Assembly (NCBI GenBank): GCA_963713605.1
Contig: CAVQMO010000005.1
Location: 160,001 to 224,000, forward strand
Direction: 5' to 3'
From: an uncultured Nitrososphaerales archaeon
GTDB lineage: Archaea; Thermoproteota; Nitrososphaeria; Nitrososphaerales; Nitrososphaeraceae
DNA: 64,000 nt
Notes under the pieces: model-generated
Databases searched by the model: none
The model's input: the letters and a program-made list of their open reading frames with translations, nothing else
What the model was told of the DNA's origin: nothing
Part shown: positions 24,275 through 36,147 of the stretch, piece by piece
Layout of the letters: every line of letters starts with the position of its first letter
How positions within the stretch are numbered: position 1 is the first letter of the stretch
Made by a program: the position numbers and the translations under genes

Positions 24275-25349
24275 TATGAATATACTTTCTTTGACTATTT
24301 GCTGGACACTATATCATTTTGGAACCCTGCGAGCCTCCATGTCGTAGTCCCATCCAGAGACCGGTGACAAAGGTTCTATCCTCATATTTCCGTTCAACTT
24401 TGCATCGACGAGTCATCCCAACTATGATCCCTATACATTGAGTATTGGTGGAAAATCCTTTTCATTGATACCTTCAAAAGAATGCATTCTAGTGTTGTCA
24501 ATTGGTAAATGAACCTTATCATCTATGTTCTTAAGTTTCTCCACTCCGACAAGGATCCTTGAAGGTCATTGAACTATCAAAAAATTTTTGTCGGTCTTAG
24601 GGGAGATAAAAAGTACCTCCCGTATTGGAGAACTACGTTAAGATAAAACCGATATGTATACAGTTAACGGCCAAAGTCAATGACCATCTTGAAAGAACCA
24701 TTTTAACAGCGCTGCATTTGCAGACCTGCTTGACCTGCAAGTATAATGACGAAATCAACAGTGAAAAAATAGGAATAATCGTAGGCAAACTTACTGCTAA
24801 CTCCAACTAAAACTCTCGCGAAGCATTTCAGGACTTGGTTTACTGCCCACGAGAATTGCTGTATTGACTGCTCCGATTGAAGTCTAGCTACTATGTCAAT
24901 TTGGACTTTTCACTTTGCTAAACCATTATAAACGTCACAAGCGAAAGCACCCAGCCCCCCACCCCCGCTGGATTATGGGTACGTCGATGACCTTATTTTT
25001 TTCAGATGAAACCGATAATATGCCTGTGTTATTCTACCTCTGCATCAATTCGAATGCATATTTCCTCTTGTATCATTAATGCAAAAACTGAAAATGCGTC
25101 AGTATGCAATAGGACAATCGTTACTCCGTGAAAGAACGTGACGTTCATATCCGGTGTGATTTTCATTCTGTGAATCTTGTTTTAAACAATGATCTACCAT
25201 TACAAAATATTAGGAAAATTTAGGGGTTTACTTGTATACAATTATCATATTAGTATGATCACCTTTAAATAAATATATGAATATCGACTTGATTGTTTGT
25301 GCTTACTCTTTATTACAATCGATCGACAATAGCACGAGTAAGAACAAAA

Positions 25350-26262
25350 ATGTATAGATCAATGTACTCCAAAAGATCTCTGATCCCCGGTATCTGGATA
25401 GCGATAACTACTCTTGCACTATTTGTAGTTGTAGGTTCAGTATCATTTGATAATGCTAAAAATGTGTATGCAGCAAAGGATCTAAACGTAAGAATCTCAG
25501 TAGATGACGATCAAATAGAAAAAGGAAACACACAGAAGATTACCGTTACTGTAACAGAAGATGGCAATTCCAACGATCGAGATCTCTGGAGCTGATGTTA
25601 AACTTACTGTGTATCCCCCAGAAACTGACACGACCACAGCCAACGATGAGACAGATGAAAATGGAAAGGCTAATTTCGATGTAAAAATATCTGATAATGC
25701 GGAGTATGGAACGTACGAGGTAAAAGCGAAGGTTTCCAAAGATAGTTTTGATACAAAGACTGAAGATTCGTCATTTGAAGTAACTGGCTCAGGAAATAAC
25801 GATAACGACGATTCAAATGATGGGGGTCATGAGAATGACAACGGTAAGAAGGGTGATGACAATAACGGAGGACATGATAGTGACAATGGAGGGAGCAATG
25901 GCGGAGAAGGTAACAATCAAGCTCTTTCACAAGGGAATGCTTGTGGTAACGGCGTTCTTTCAACCAATATCTTATGTCAGAACGTAGCGAATCAATTACA
26001 AGGTGATGGAAATGCAATTAACATTATAGCAGTCCAAAATGGAGGAGGAGATGACGAAAGCGGAGCCGAGAATGGTGTAGGCAGTCCACCATTAGCACCC
26101 TTACCCTCATCGTCAGCCCAGCCAACTCAGCATGCCATTCATCAACCTCAGGTGCCTACTAATGGATCGACAAATGATGATTCAACTGAATCGATAGTGG
26201 ACCAGTACGTGCAGACTAGACTTAATCATGCTATAGAAACTAGGCTAAACTATCTTAAATAA
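25350..26262 (+). CDS. Secreted protein with Ig-like domain, G/N/D-rich tract and Cys-pair motif (joined across indel ~25579)
   Basis: Signal peptide VYA, TDENGKA..YGTYEV, ACGNG..ILCQN. Confidence 0.75.
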
Positions 26263-26557
26263 AACCATGAATCTTAACAGTTGACAATTCTGCCATCCAA
26301 TTGTTAATGAGAAATACCGAAACTACAGCTACTGACAAGATAAAAACCTAAGAATTGGGGTCAATCGTAATCAGATAAGACTCCGACCATATTTTTTGTT
26401 TTCTTCTAGGGCATTTTAAGTTGATGCCTCCCAAGTGCATTAGCGACATAGACTAGCCAATCCCCAAGAGTTGTTTAACACACTAGGTTAATTGGGTGTT
26501 TACTAGTGATATAGCTATTACGAGAGGTTCTTCAGGTGGAGATACTTGCCAAATTTA

Positions 26558-26903
26558 TTATACCATTTTAGTTTCTGTTCTACTTTGCTTCCTATTGATT
26601 TTCAGTTCCTTAGCAATCCACATGAGTGTTGATAGAGTATACACAGGGATGTAATCTCCGACAAAAGGGATGAATTCAATCATGTTCACAGCAGTGGACA
26701 TCTTGCTTCTCGTAATGTTATACAGCAAACTGACAATGACTGCATCAAATATATCTCCCAAAATTGGAATTCCGAAGAGAGGAGCTGCCAAAATAGTCTA
26801 GAGCATCAGCCACGACGGATATGAAGAGCGCAGAAGTTGCTCTAATTTTGAATAAAGAGTTATCTGCAGAACCATTTTGTTTAATTATTCCTAGGGTTCT
26901 CAT
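26558..26903 (-). CDS. Small membrane protein (joined across indel ~26789)
   Basis: Restored frame ADALDYFAAPLFGIPILGDIFD..EFIPFVGDYIP. Confidence 0.65.
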
Positions 26904-28204
26904 GTACAAGATAGGATATCATCGTATATATAGATATCACTAGCGATACGACCCGTTTGTAATCAAGCCATACTCAAAATGCTCGTCATCATGCGATCTC
27001 CATTGTGGCTTCAATACGTCAATGTCAAGTTCCCATAATCTTAATCGTCCAATATTGAATCACCAAATAGTCAACCTCTTTTTACATTCGTGCTAATTGA
27101 TAATTATAGCTTGAGTATTCTCGGATGGTTATCAGCACAGTTAGACTGACAATCGCAATCGCTTTGATCTTGGGTTTGATATCGGCAGTACTATATGTAA
27201 CTACCCAGAGTATGCAAGTCTCGCCAACCTAACGAACTTTTAGAAAGTCGCCAGCAACGGTGCGCAGATCCTCAAGAGTGTACTCCTTCACCTGCAACAG
27301 CGCCGAATATCCGTTCGATCTTTTTGTTTGTTTATTGAAAGAAGGGGGTATAGCAGGTATAAGCGAGAGAATATCTTATGATTCTTTTACAATGCAACTA
27401 ATTTTCGTCAGAGGCCTGGGAGGCGCAGAGGAGGGTCAGATAGTGAAAATTACACAAGGAACAGAAGATAACCAAAAGAATCTGATAAGAAACAATAATT
27501 TGAAGAGGACTCAATCAAACTGTGCTCGTACTTGGAGTCTGCTTTCGATTGCATTGAAACTAAGCTCGCCCTTCCCACTTCAATTGCAGTCGCAGGAAAT
27601 TTGGTGGAATTGGTAAGCTCCTTTTATTAAAAAGACTGCTCTTTAATCGCTCATGCCGTGAACTTGTATTTATCTTCCTACATGGATTAAGAGAAAAACC
27701 GAGAGGCTTTAGCAAAGGAGTTATTTGAAGATGTAATGTATCTGTGCATTGTTGTTGTCTAAAGCGAAACATTTCAAGTGATCGAAAGGAGATCCTTTAG
27801 CTGCTTTTATGCTTGGTACACCAATACAAGGTGCAGTAGGATTACAGAGCGTTTTTGTTAGTAATATCTTTGAACCAAAATCTTCAATTGAAAGAAATTA
27901 CACTCATCCTGTCAACTGGTAGTTCAGAAAGGATTGTCCACCAGGACCAAGCGCTTAAAATTGCAATACAGCGAAGATCCTTTAGAGGGACAGGACAGTT
28001 AATAAAATCGCTTATAAAAGACAGAACGATAAAATATCGAATTGGAAAGGTTTAGCTGGAGCGAGAAAATTTTGTCCTATCAATTGATTACTTATAATGT
28101 TGCGAGCGCTAGTAGGCGTAATGTAAAAAAGTTGAATCTAGATAACGCTAATAGTGCCTTTGATTTTCCACAAGGCACTGTCGTAACCATGAGGTAGTTT
28201 TGAC

Positions 28205-28918
28205 ATGTCTTCTGCATCGTACAACCCAAAGGACTACTGGATAGAACAAGGAAAGGTCTACAAGAATAATTTTAGGTACAACAACAAATTTGAATTACAG
28301 GAGCGCTTTCTGATTGAATACTTAACAACTAACATATTTACTACAATAAATCCCGAGGACAAGCCAGTAGAATTGTCAGTTCTAGAGGTAGGCTGCGGAT
28401 TCGGTCGGATTACTCGATTGATTCTTGCAAACTTCGGCAAATTAATTACTAAGTATGTAGCAGTTGATCTGTCACCTGACCAGATTAGAAACGCTAAGCA
28501 GTTCGTCGAAGATTCCTATCTAGAAGGTAGGGACGTGCCGATTAATTCCGAAATTGAAAGCAGGGAAGTTGAACGTTTGGAATTTGTTGTATCTGATATT
28601 CAGTCACTGAGTTCTAATCAGAGATACGACCTGGTGCTTGCTTGCGAGGTTCTCCTACACGTGCTTCCCTCTGAAATCGAACAGGTCGTTCAGCACCTAA
28701 CAGGGATGTCTAGTAAACATGTCATAAACGTAGATTGGTATGAAGAGGAGGCGCCCAAAAAAATTGCCCCACACAATTTCATTCATCGGTATGAAGAGAT
28801 TTATGCAAACATTCCATCGGTGAAGCGAGTTCGTAGAATTCCAATTGTAAAGAAAGGGAAGCTTTCAAAATTGGATACCAAACAATCGATATTTCATGCT
28901 CCAAAGGAAGAAGATTGA
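28205..28918 (+). CDS. Class I SAM-dependent methyltransferase
   Basis: VLEVGCGFG, AVDLS, YDLV..VLLH. Confidence 0.88.
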   Translation: MSSASYNPKDYWIEQGKVYKNNFRYNNKFELQERFLIEYLTTNIFTTINPEDKPVELSVLEVGCGFGRITRLILANFGKLITKYVAVDLSPDQIRNAKQFVEDSYLEGRDVPINSEIESREVERLEFVVSDIQSLSSNQRYDLVLACEVLLHVLPSEIEQVVQHLTGMSSKHVINVDWYEEEAPKKIAPHNFIHRYEEIYANIPSVKRVRRIPIVKKGKLSKLDTKQSIFHAPKEED

Positions 28919-29147
28919 ACGGATCTTTACTTCACACACAATTACAGGAATGAGGTATATAAGTGAGAATAGGAAATGCCGGCTTCTTTTATGCAACGTC
29001 ATATTTAGTCAGGGTACTGATTTCATCTTGCATTCGATCGAATTTTTGAAGCCAATATCTTGCAAGTAACGTACCATTTGAGGCAAGTGATCTCCGAAGG
29101 ACAATATGACTCTTCTATGCTTGGAAGATTGAGTATTTTCTGAAAAT

Positions 29148-30158
29148 TCAAGACTTTGGGCCTTCTACCATCGTCATTATTTCCGTTTTCAGCTCACTAC
29201 ATCTGTTTCTGATTGTAACATCTGTAACTCCGGCAATATCTGCGAAATATCGCTGTGTCTTGGTGTCGTCTCCGTATTGCTGACAGATCAGGTAAAGTAC
29301 AGCGGCTGCCAGCCCCATAGGGTCCTTGCCGGCAGACAGTTCTTTTTTGATGATCTCATTCATGACCCTTATAGAATGCCGCTTCACCTTTTCGCCGACG
29401 CCCGTAGAGTTAGCGAGTCTAACCAGGTAGTGCATTTGGTCTATTGATGGCATCTTCAAATCAAACTTCAATACTATTAGCCTATATGCGCTAGAGATTT
29501 CCTTACACGTAATGTTGTTGGCTCTAGCAACATCAGTTAGAGTCCTTGGAATACCAACCTGTCGGCAAGCAATGTATACACATGCCGCTAATACGGCTTG
29601 AGTTGTCCTTCCCCTTACCAACTTATTAAGTTGAACTTTTCTGTAGATGCGTGCGGTTCTGTCAATTACTGAGTACTGCAATCCTAATTTTTCTCTGCAT
29701 CTTCTAATCAAAGAAATCACTTGATTTAGGTTCCTCGTTTCAGAGTCAAACTGCACTATGTGATCCCACTTTCTCAAATTCGACAACTTTTCATGTAACC
29801 TCGGATCCAAACGTCTCCCTGATGCATCGCGGTTTTCCTTGCCTATGACTGTGGACAAATTTGTGAACGGCAGATTTAATGAGAAAGAAACATTTACCCG
29901 ATCCCGCGTGAAACTCTGTACATCATGATGATTCATGTCCCAAGTTGGGGATATTTGGAACATCCTGTTTGTAATAACTGTTCCACACCCGACACAGATA
30001 ATCTCTCCCGACTCCGGATCGGCGACGACCGAAGAATGCTTTTCCCCATCGCAGTACTTGATTACCTCATTTCGCGGCGACACAAGCCTTCTACACATAC
30101 TCATGTACGCGAATCGAGGATTTAATACCTTTGACGCCATTGTGAGGAGGCATCTCAA
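29148..30158 (-). CDS. tfb: Transcription initiation factor B paralog
   Basis: Zn ribbon (DPESGEIICVGCG), two cyclin folds, GKDPMGLAAA, VTDVTIRNR. The true start may be slightly downstream. Confidence 0.93.
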   Translation of the reverse strand: MRCLLTMASKVLNPRFAYMSMCRRLVSPRNEVIKYCDGEKHSSVVADPESGEIICVGCGTVITNRMFQISPTWDMNHHDVQSFTRDRVNVSFSLNLPFTNLSTVIGKENRDASGRRLDPRLHEKLSNLRKWDHIVQFDSETRNLNQVISLIRRCREKLGLQYSVIDRTARIYRKVQLNKLVRGRTTQAVLAACVYIACRQVGIPRTLTDVARANNITCKEISSAYRLIVLKFDLKMPSIDQMHYLVRLANSTGVGEKVKRHSIRVMNEIIKKELSAGKDPMGLAAAVLYLICQQYGDDTKTQRYFADIAGVTDVTIRNRCSELKTEIMTMVEGPKS

Positions 30159-30374
30159 AATTTAGTTCAAGGACAACTTCTTGAATGAAAAATAAGTTGT
30201 CGATTCGTCCTCATGATACTTAATTCAATATCATGATGCCCGCCGTGGAAAATTCGATACTTTGACAAACCGAATTCGAACCTAAATCTAGTAGGTCGCA
30301 GGAATTATTCTCCTGTTATCAAATGTGAGTGAGATCCTGTGCCAAGCTTGCCTTCATCCACTTACCAGAATACC

Positions 30375-31992
30375 TCATACATCATAGTACATATAAAATT
30401 GCTGAAGTTTCGATTCACTTTTTCCCTCAAACCCTCGTACCTGAGAAATTTCATCCTGCTTAAGATCAATGTAGGTTCCAAGGCATTCGTCGTTGAAACA
30501 TGTATTAGTTAAATAGAGGTGATCACTTTTCAGTGAGGCAATGGATTCTTCAAGACTCCCTGGAACTGATTTAATCCCTAAGTCATTTCTTCGTGAATCA
30601 GACATCTTGTAAATGTTCTCATCAACAGGATCTCCAGGATCAATTTTTCTCTTCATGCCATCCAAACCAGCGGCTACAATAGCGGAGAATGCCAAATACG
30701 GATTACAAGAAGGATCAGGTGCCCTAAACTCTATACGTTTTGAATCCCTGCTAAGTTTGTCGTTAATAGGTATTCTCACAATCGCCGACCTATTTCCTCT
30801 AGACCAGGCTATGTAAACTGGCGCTTCAAACCCAGGAACCATTCGGTAATACGAGTTGACGGTGGGAGACGTTATCGCGACTAGCGATCTGGAGTGATCC
30901 AGGATGCCCCCGATAAAATATCTGCCCGACTGGCTGATGTTAGCATACTCATCATCTCCATCAAAGAAAATATTTTGGCTAGATAAGGTCTTACTAGAAG
31001 CGGAGTGTCTGGAAGATGCGGAGGGCGATGACGAGGATTTATCCCATAGACTCACGCTCACATGCATTCCCGAACCGTTATCTGCTTTAGCACCTGCAGG
31101 GTCAGTCTCATCGAACAAGGGTTTTGGCATGAAGTTTGCGATTTTATTGTGTCTTTTGGCTACGTTCCTTACAACGTCCTTATAGATTTGAACATTATCC
31201 GCAGCATCCGTAAGCTTGCTATGCATGAAATTGATCTCCATTTGTCCTGTGCTTGCAACTTCGTGATTCAAGTTTGTGACCTTTATTCCATAATACTTCT
31301 TCAGGAGGTTTGCAACTTCGAACCTAAATTCTACGAGAGAATCTTGGAATGGAGGTGCATCATAGCCCCCCTTTCTGTTTATTGGATACTTCCCTACACC
31401 GTACCTGCTCTTCAGACACAATCATATTTGATGCTGAAGATTGTGAGTTAGCGACGGATTCACTATCTTTATCGATGGAATGTCTCTGTCCACCAATAAC
31501 ATTCTCTACGTTATCCCGAAATGAAATATCATCAAATACGAAGCATTCCACTTCGGGCCCAATTTGACATGTCAAATTCGACTCCGCGAGAAATTCTTCC
31601 ATGTTTTCTGAGACGAATCTCGGGTCTTTAGATAGGCGTCCGAAGCCAAAGCCTTTGTGGACATTAGCAATTACCGAACCAAGAGTGAAGTTAGTAAAAA
31701 ATGGATTTAATCTCAATGTATGCCTATCAGGGACTAGAAGAAGATCTGATTCATTTATTTCTGCGAATCCCTTTACTGAGGAACCGTCTAGTCCAATGCC
31801 CTTTTTTAAAAACCCATATAGCTCATCATAGTCGCTCATCACGTATTTAGCCATAAATTTTCCAAGTAGATCAGTGTACCTAAACTGAAGAAACTCGATA
31901 CGTTGTAATTCTTCTGAAAATCCTATGCTACGATTAGCATCAACGTCTGTGATGTATGTATCATAATCACTTCCTTTGGGATGGTATGACAA
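30375..31992 (-). CDS. glnA: Glutamine synthetase type I (joined across indel ~31405)
   Basis: DGSSVKGF, GPEVE, HEVA..GQMEI, FMPKP, NGSGMH, NRSA..RIP, RIEFRAPD. Confidence 0.93.
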
Positions 31993-32316
31993 TTTACTAT
32001 TTATTTTATAGACAGTCGTAAAATATATAATCTTTCAGCTTCCAAATTATTTACATTTTCGAGAGGTTCAGCATAATATTCTTTCACTTGTAAATCATAC
32101 TTGTATAATTTCGCTGCATTTATGCAATATGTAACGTCTGCCGCCTGGTCTTTTGGCTTCAGCAGACATTGTTCAATTAATGACTTGGGATGAGATTGCA
32201 GGGATTCTGCATAATTTACTTCCAATCACTAATTCTAGACAGGCATTCCTACAGGATTTGAGTTGAATCAAGGATAGGTTTGTGGGGAGTTTGAGTAACT
32301 AATAATGGTAATCTCC

Positions 32317-33102
32317 TTATTGTTCACGAGATATGCCATATTTCCATCTATGCCTATCCATGTCATTTAGAAATGATATCAGAATAGCTTCAAGTATCTC
32401 CACAATTACATATCCTTTCTTGACAGTGGCTTTCCTCGGGGCTCCAGTGGTGCCCGTATCTGACAGTTCGTTGAATTTCCAATAAATCCTCACCTTGGGT
32501 GGCAATTTCGGTATCATGTCTTTAGGAGCATTACTCATTTTCACCAGGTCAGGTCTTACGGCGAGCATTGCAGAAGTCTCTGCTTCGCCGCCATGACCTA
32601 AGCCATCCCAGACGTCGAAAAGATTACGCCTAGATTGACCCACCAACATCCACCAAGCCTCTAGGCAGGCGATTACTACTTCGGGGTGCCTGCTTTTTAC
32701 AAACCTGGATGCAATCTCTATTGGTGCAATGTTTCCATCATGACCATTTATGATTAGAATCCTCTTAATGCCATTCTTTATTATACTATGACAAATGTCC
32801 TGAATTATCCTTACTACGGTCCCAGATTGAAGACTAATAGTCATTTGATAATCACCGTGATGTGAGCTTAGACCGTATGGAATGTAGGGAAGAATTATCA
32901 CATTCTTTAATTTGACTGCAATTCTCTTGAGCAGTTCAGTCGGAAAAATAAAATCCGCTCCAAATGGCATGTGATCACCGTGATTTTCACATGCCCCGAT
33001 GACAATAATTACAGTTGTGCTCTTATTGATCGAATACTTGACTTGTAAGGCATTCATAGTAGCAAGCTCACGATTCTTATCACTCTTCGATTCAACTTTC
33101 AT
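32317..33102 (-). CDS. Creatininase/creatinine amidohydrolase family protein
   Basis: GACENHGDHMP, NGHDGN, HGGEAETS. Confidence 0.9.
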   Translation of the reverse strand: MKVESKSDKNRELATMNALQVKYSINKSTTVIIVIGACENHGDHMPFGADFIFPTELLKRIAVKLKNVIILPYIPYGLSSHHGDYQMTISLQSGTVVRIIQDICHSIIKNGIKRILIINGHDGNIAPIEIASRFVKSRHPEVVIACLEAWWMLVGQSRRNLFDVWDGLGHGGEAETSAMLAVRPDLVKMSNAPKDMIPKLPPKVRIYWKFNELSDTGTTGAPRKATVKKGYVIVEILEAILISFLNDMDRHRWKYGISREQ

Positions 33103-33486
33103 GTGACTTACTATGGAGAAGGTACCATAAGTATATTGGATTTGATATCAAACATCTAATTACAACTAGATGTAATTTCAGTGAAAATCCATTTAGTAAC
33201 TTGCAATTGGCGAGCTCGTAGTTAACAGTGCTGATCTGTTAGATGAAATAGGTTCATTGAGTACAAGAATATCTGTCGTCTAAGCAAACACTATTATCCG
33301 TAACTGAAGTGTTTTCAGACTACACTCCAATTTGGAGTGAACTATAAGCCACAACATCAATCTATACCAAAATGCCAAACAAATATTCCAATCAAATAAT
33401 TGGGGTAAGTGTTGTCACTCGACTTTCCTCCCTAAATTATTCATATCTCTTAAATAATTTGCCTTAGTAGAATACTAAACTGCAAT

Positions 33487-34080
33487 TTGCTTCGAGGCTC
33501 AATACCGAGAAAGGAGACTGCTAGAGGCCTACTTAGTTTTCGAGTTAGCGCTAATTCGATTAAGCCTAAGGACCGTTCTAATCTGAATCAAATTCGTAGT
33601 ATCCAAAAAGTGCTTAAGAGGGGTGAAAAGGTTATCGCTGTCGTATTGCAACCAAGAACACTACCTGGTGGTTCTTATCTAAAACCTAATATCATTTACG
33701 CTACTAACGAGAGAATCATTGTAGTTGATCCACATTTGTCAGAGTTCGATGGGACCAAAGTAAGTATTCCATATGATCTAGTGACTAGTATAAAATTAGA
33801 AGAAGGTCCATACTCTACTTTGGCAATTAAATTTGAATCGGCAGCCTTGATTAACGCGGTTGGACTGGGCATGATTCATGGTATCTTGGGGGGAAAGAAT
33901 CGTTATGAGAGGATTATTGATGCAATCCCTAGAGAGAGAGCTGAAGATTTGATGGACGTAATACTATATGCAATGCGCAATAACAATATCAAATTTCGAA
34001 CCCGAAATTTGAGCGACATCAAAGTTAGGCGCGTAAAACAGAATGCAAGTGACGGTAGATTACGTATTGCGAATATTTAG
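33487..34080 (+). CDS. Bacterial-type PH-domain protein
   Basis: LKRGEKVI..IYATNERIIV..IPYD..TSIKL pattern. Confidence 0.65.
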   Translation: MLRGSIPRKETARGLLSFRVSANSIKPKDRSNLNQIRSIQKVLKRGEKVIAVVLQPRTLPGGSYLKPNIIYATNERIIVVDPHLSEFDGTKVSIPYDLVTSIKLEEGPYSTLAIKFESAALINAVGLGMIHGILGGKNRYERIIDAIPRERAEDLMDVILYAMRNNNIKFRTRNLSDIKVRRVKQNASDGRLRIANI

Positions 34081-34358
34081 AGTGATAAATTTGGAGTCCG
34101 TAGAGTCAAATCGTCTGTCAGAAGAGAATAGGGGGTTATTTGTTTCTTTTATGGGGCAGTAACTTTTAGAGTCTATTGATGACCATTTCAGCCAACCTAA
34201 ATTATCAATATCTTTTGAAGAGGAAAAGGGATGCAGAAAGACTTTAAAAACTGGGGGCGTTCTACCAATGAGTCACAGATGAACCTTGAAGGTTAGAAAC
34301 GTAATACAGAGGAGATTTTAGGGGAATCAATTAATGACCTACAATTACGTTAGAATAA

Positions 34359-34703
34359 CTAGTTTGTTTCTTCCATACTAGAACTTTTCAGAACACTCGA
34401 AAGATCCTTAGATATTGTATCAATTACTCGTCTTACCTCCTCCTTGCTCTCTGCTTGATAAATTGCGATAGCCAGCACCTCTATTTCTTTCTGCAGAGCA
34501 TTTATCATTTTTGATTCAAGCTCAAAAAACCTATAAAAGTTGCCAAGTTCTTGACCAAGTGTAATACACAGAGAGATTATATCTTCATTTGAAGCACCCT
34601 TTCCTGCCAAGCCATTCAATTGTTCAACCAGACTATTAACAGCCTTCCGCCTCTGTGTGAAAATTAGCGCTAAAGCATCATCAGTAGATTCTCCATGACT
34701 CAT
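34359..34703 (-). CDS. Hypothetical helical protein
   Basis: ATG-started 114-aa frame with heptad-like composition. Confidence 0.55.
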   Translation of the reverse strand: MSHGESTDDALALIFTQRRKAVNSLVEQLNGLAGKGASNEDIISLCITLGQELGNFYRFFELESKMINALQKEIEVLAIAIYQAESKEEVRRVIDTISKDLSSVLKSSSMEETN

Positions 34704-35363
34704 ATCCGTATTCCTTAAATTCTAATTTAGATGAGTAACCTTACTTAAGGTTTCTTCTGTGTCTGAATCCCTAACTAGGCTGCCACCTTTCGTTTCTGTC
34801 AAATCTTTACTAAAGACGTTGCCGCCTAGCATGTCATCTTCTAGAACTCCTACTAAGAGTGTACTATCCTGCATCCATTTTATAGTAGGGAAGGACGTCT
34901 TTCATACTGATAATCCTTGACCATTGTATCTCTCTACTCTCTGTCTTCACCGTTGCTCCCAAAGGACACGTACAATATTTCGATAGAACTGGCATCACAA
35001 TTTTTACCATTGTCGCATCAATGTGATTGTCTAGACACTCTACTGCTTGTCGAAACGGGTCGATGACTGGAAGAAGAGTAGGATAAATATCTACTAGCCA
35101 ACTAAACAAATTTTAATAGTACGCAGATTTCATAGTGGATACATCCATTAACAAATGACAAACAATAGTTTATACTGGGAGACTGGAAGAATAGTCGCAA
35201 GTATTCCTTTCTCGATAGCACAAATTTTAGATCTCTTCAAAACCTGTAAACTCCCAACAAAGGACAACTAATAGATGTCATACGTCCTGGCATCGCCCTG
35301 ACTAGCCAATTCCCTAGGTTATTACTATCTTGCTCTTTCCCGGAGTGCAAGCCTAGCTATCTA

Positions 35364-35752
35364 TTATTCTTTGAATAGCTTATCTTTCACAATAGGCAAT
35401 ATTTTATTTAGTATGATTTTATCATGATCCGAATGTGTGTCGAATGATGCCATTAGTACTGGGTAGTCTACACTCCCAACGTATATTGTGGCACGTTTAA
35501 GCTTTTCATAAAGAGTAAAAGAATAAATCACTTTACCTAAGTCTTCGATTCCATTTCCATCCTATTGTTCATTCTCATTACAGTATCCATGGAGTATATT
35601 TCTGATTCGGTCTGATTCAAGTAGGGGACAAGACCATCTCGGTAGCTGAACAGTACTTGCTTGCCGTACTTGTCGGCAATACCTGCAAACCTTATAGCGT
35701 CATCGGATCGGATAATCTGTTTGCAAAGATCCTCTAGTTCGGTGCCGGTCAT
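35364..35752 (-). CDS. Thaumarchaeal roadblock/profilin-like small protein (DUF6659-like; joined across indel ~35540)
   Basis: IRFAGIADKYGK..YRDGLVP; restored tail GKVIYSFTLYEKLKRATI. Confidence 0.7.
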
Positions 35753-35817
35753 TCAAATACCTTTTGTGTAGTGCATTTAATAAATGAATATAAACTAATT
35801 CCTCGGAAGGAGTCCTA

Positions 35818-36147
35818 TTGAAAAAGGTAGACGCAATCGTAAGAGCTGAGAGAATGCCTCTTATAAAGGAGCGTCTAAGGGATATGGGTGTGGCAGGAAT
35901 GACCATTTCAACAGTAATGGGCTGGAGCAAGACGAGGGAGCTTCACCTCCAGTGGAGAGGTCAACCTGTATCTTATGACCTAATTCAGAGGGCCAAATTT
36001 GAATTGGTGATTCCAAATTCCCAAGTTAAAGAAGTCGTAGAGACTATAATAGAATCTGCAAGATCCGGGAAGAATGGTGAACACGGGGACGGAATGATTT
36101 TCATCTCGAATGTGGATCACATAGTGAATGTCAAGTATTTGGGATAG
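35818..36147 (+). CDS. P-II family nitrogen regulator (divergent)
   Basis: KKVDAIVR, GVAGMT, WRG, ARSG..GDG.IF. Confidence 0.88.
   Translation: MKKVDAIVRAERMPLIKERLRDMGVAGMTISTVMGWSKTRELHLQWRGQPVSYDLIQRAKFELVIPNSQVKEVVETIIESARSGKNGEHGDGMIFISNVDHIVNVKYLG

Noticed and set aside
26950..28100. ORFs 27260..27616, 27560..27772 and 27855..28055
   Set aside because: No recognisable motifs, and they overlap on opposite strands. They may be decayed sequence, but I cannot support a call.
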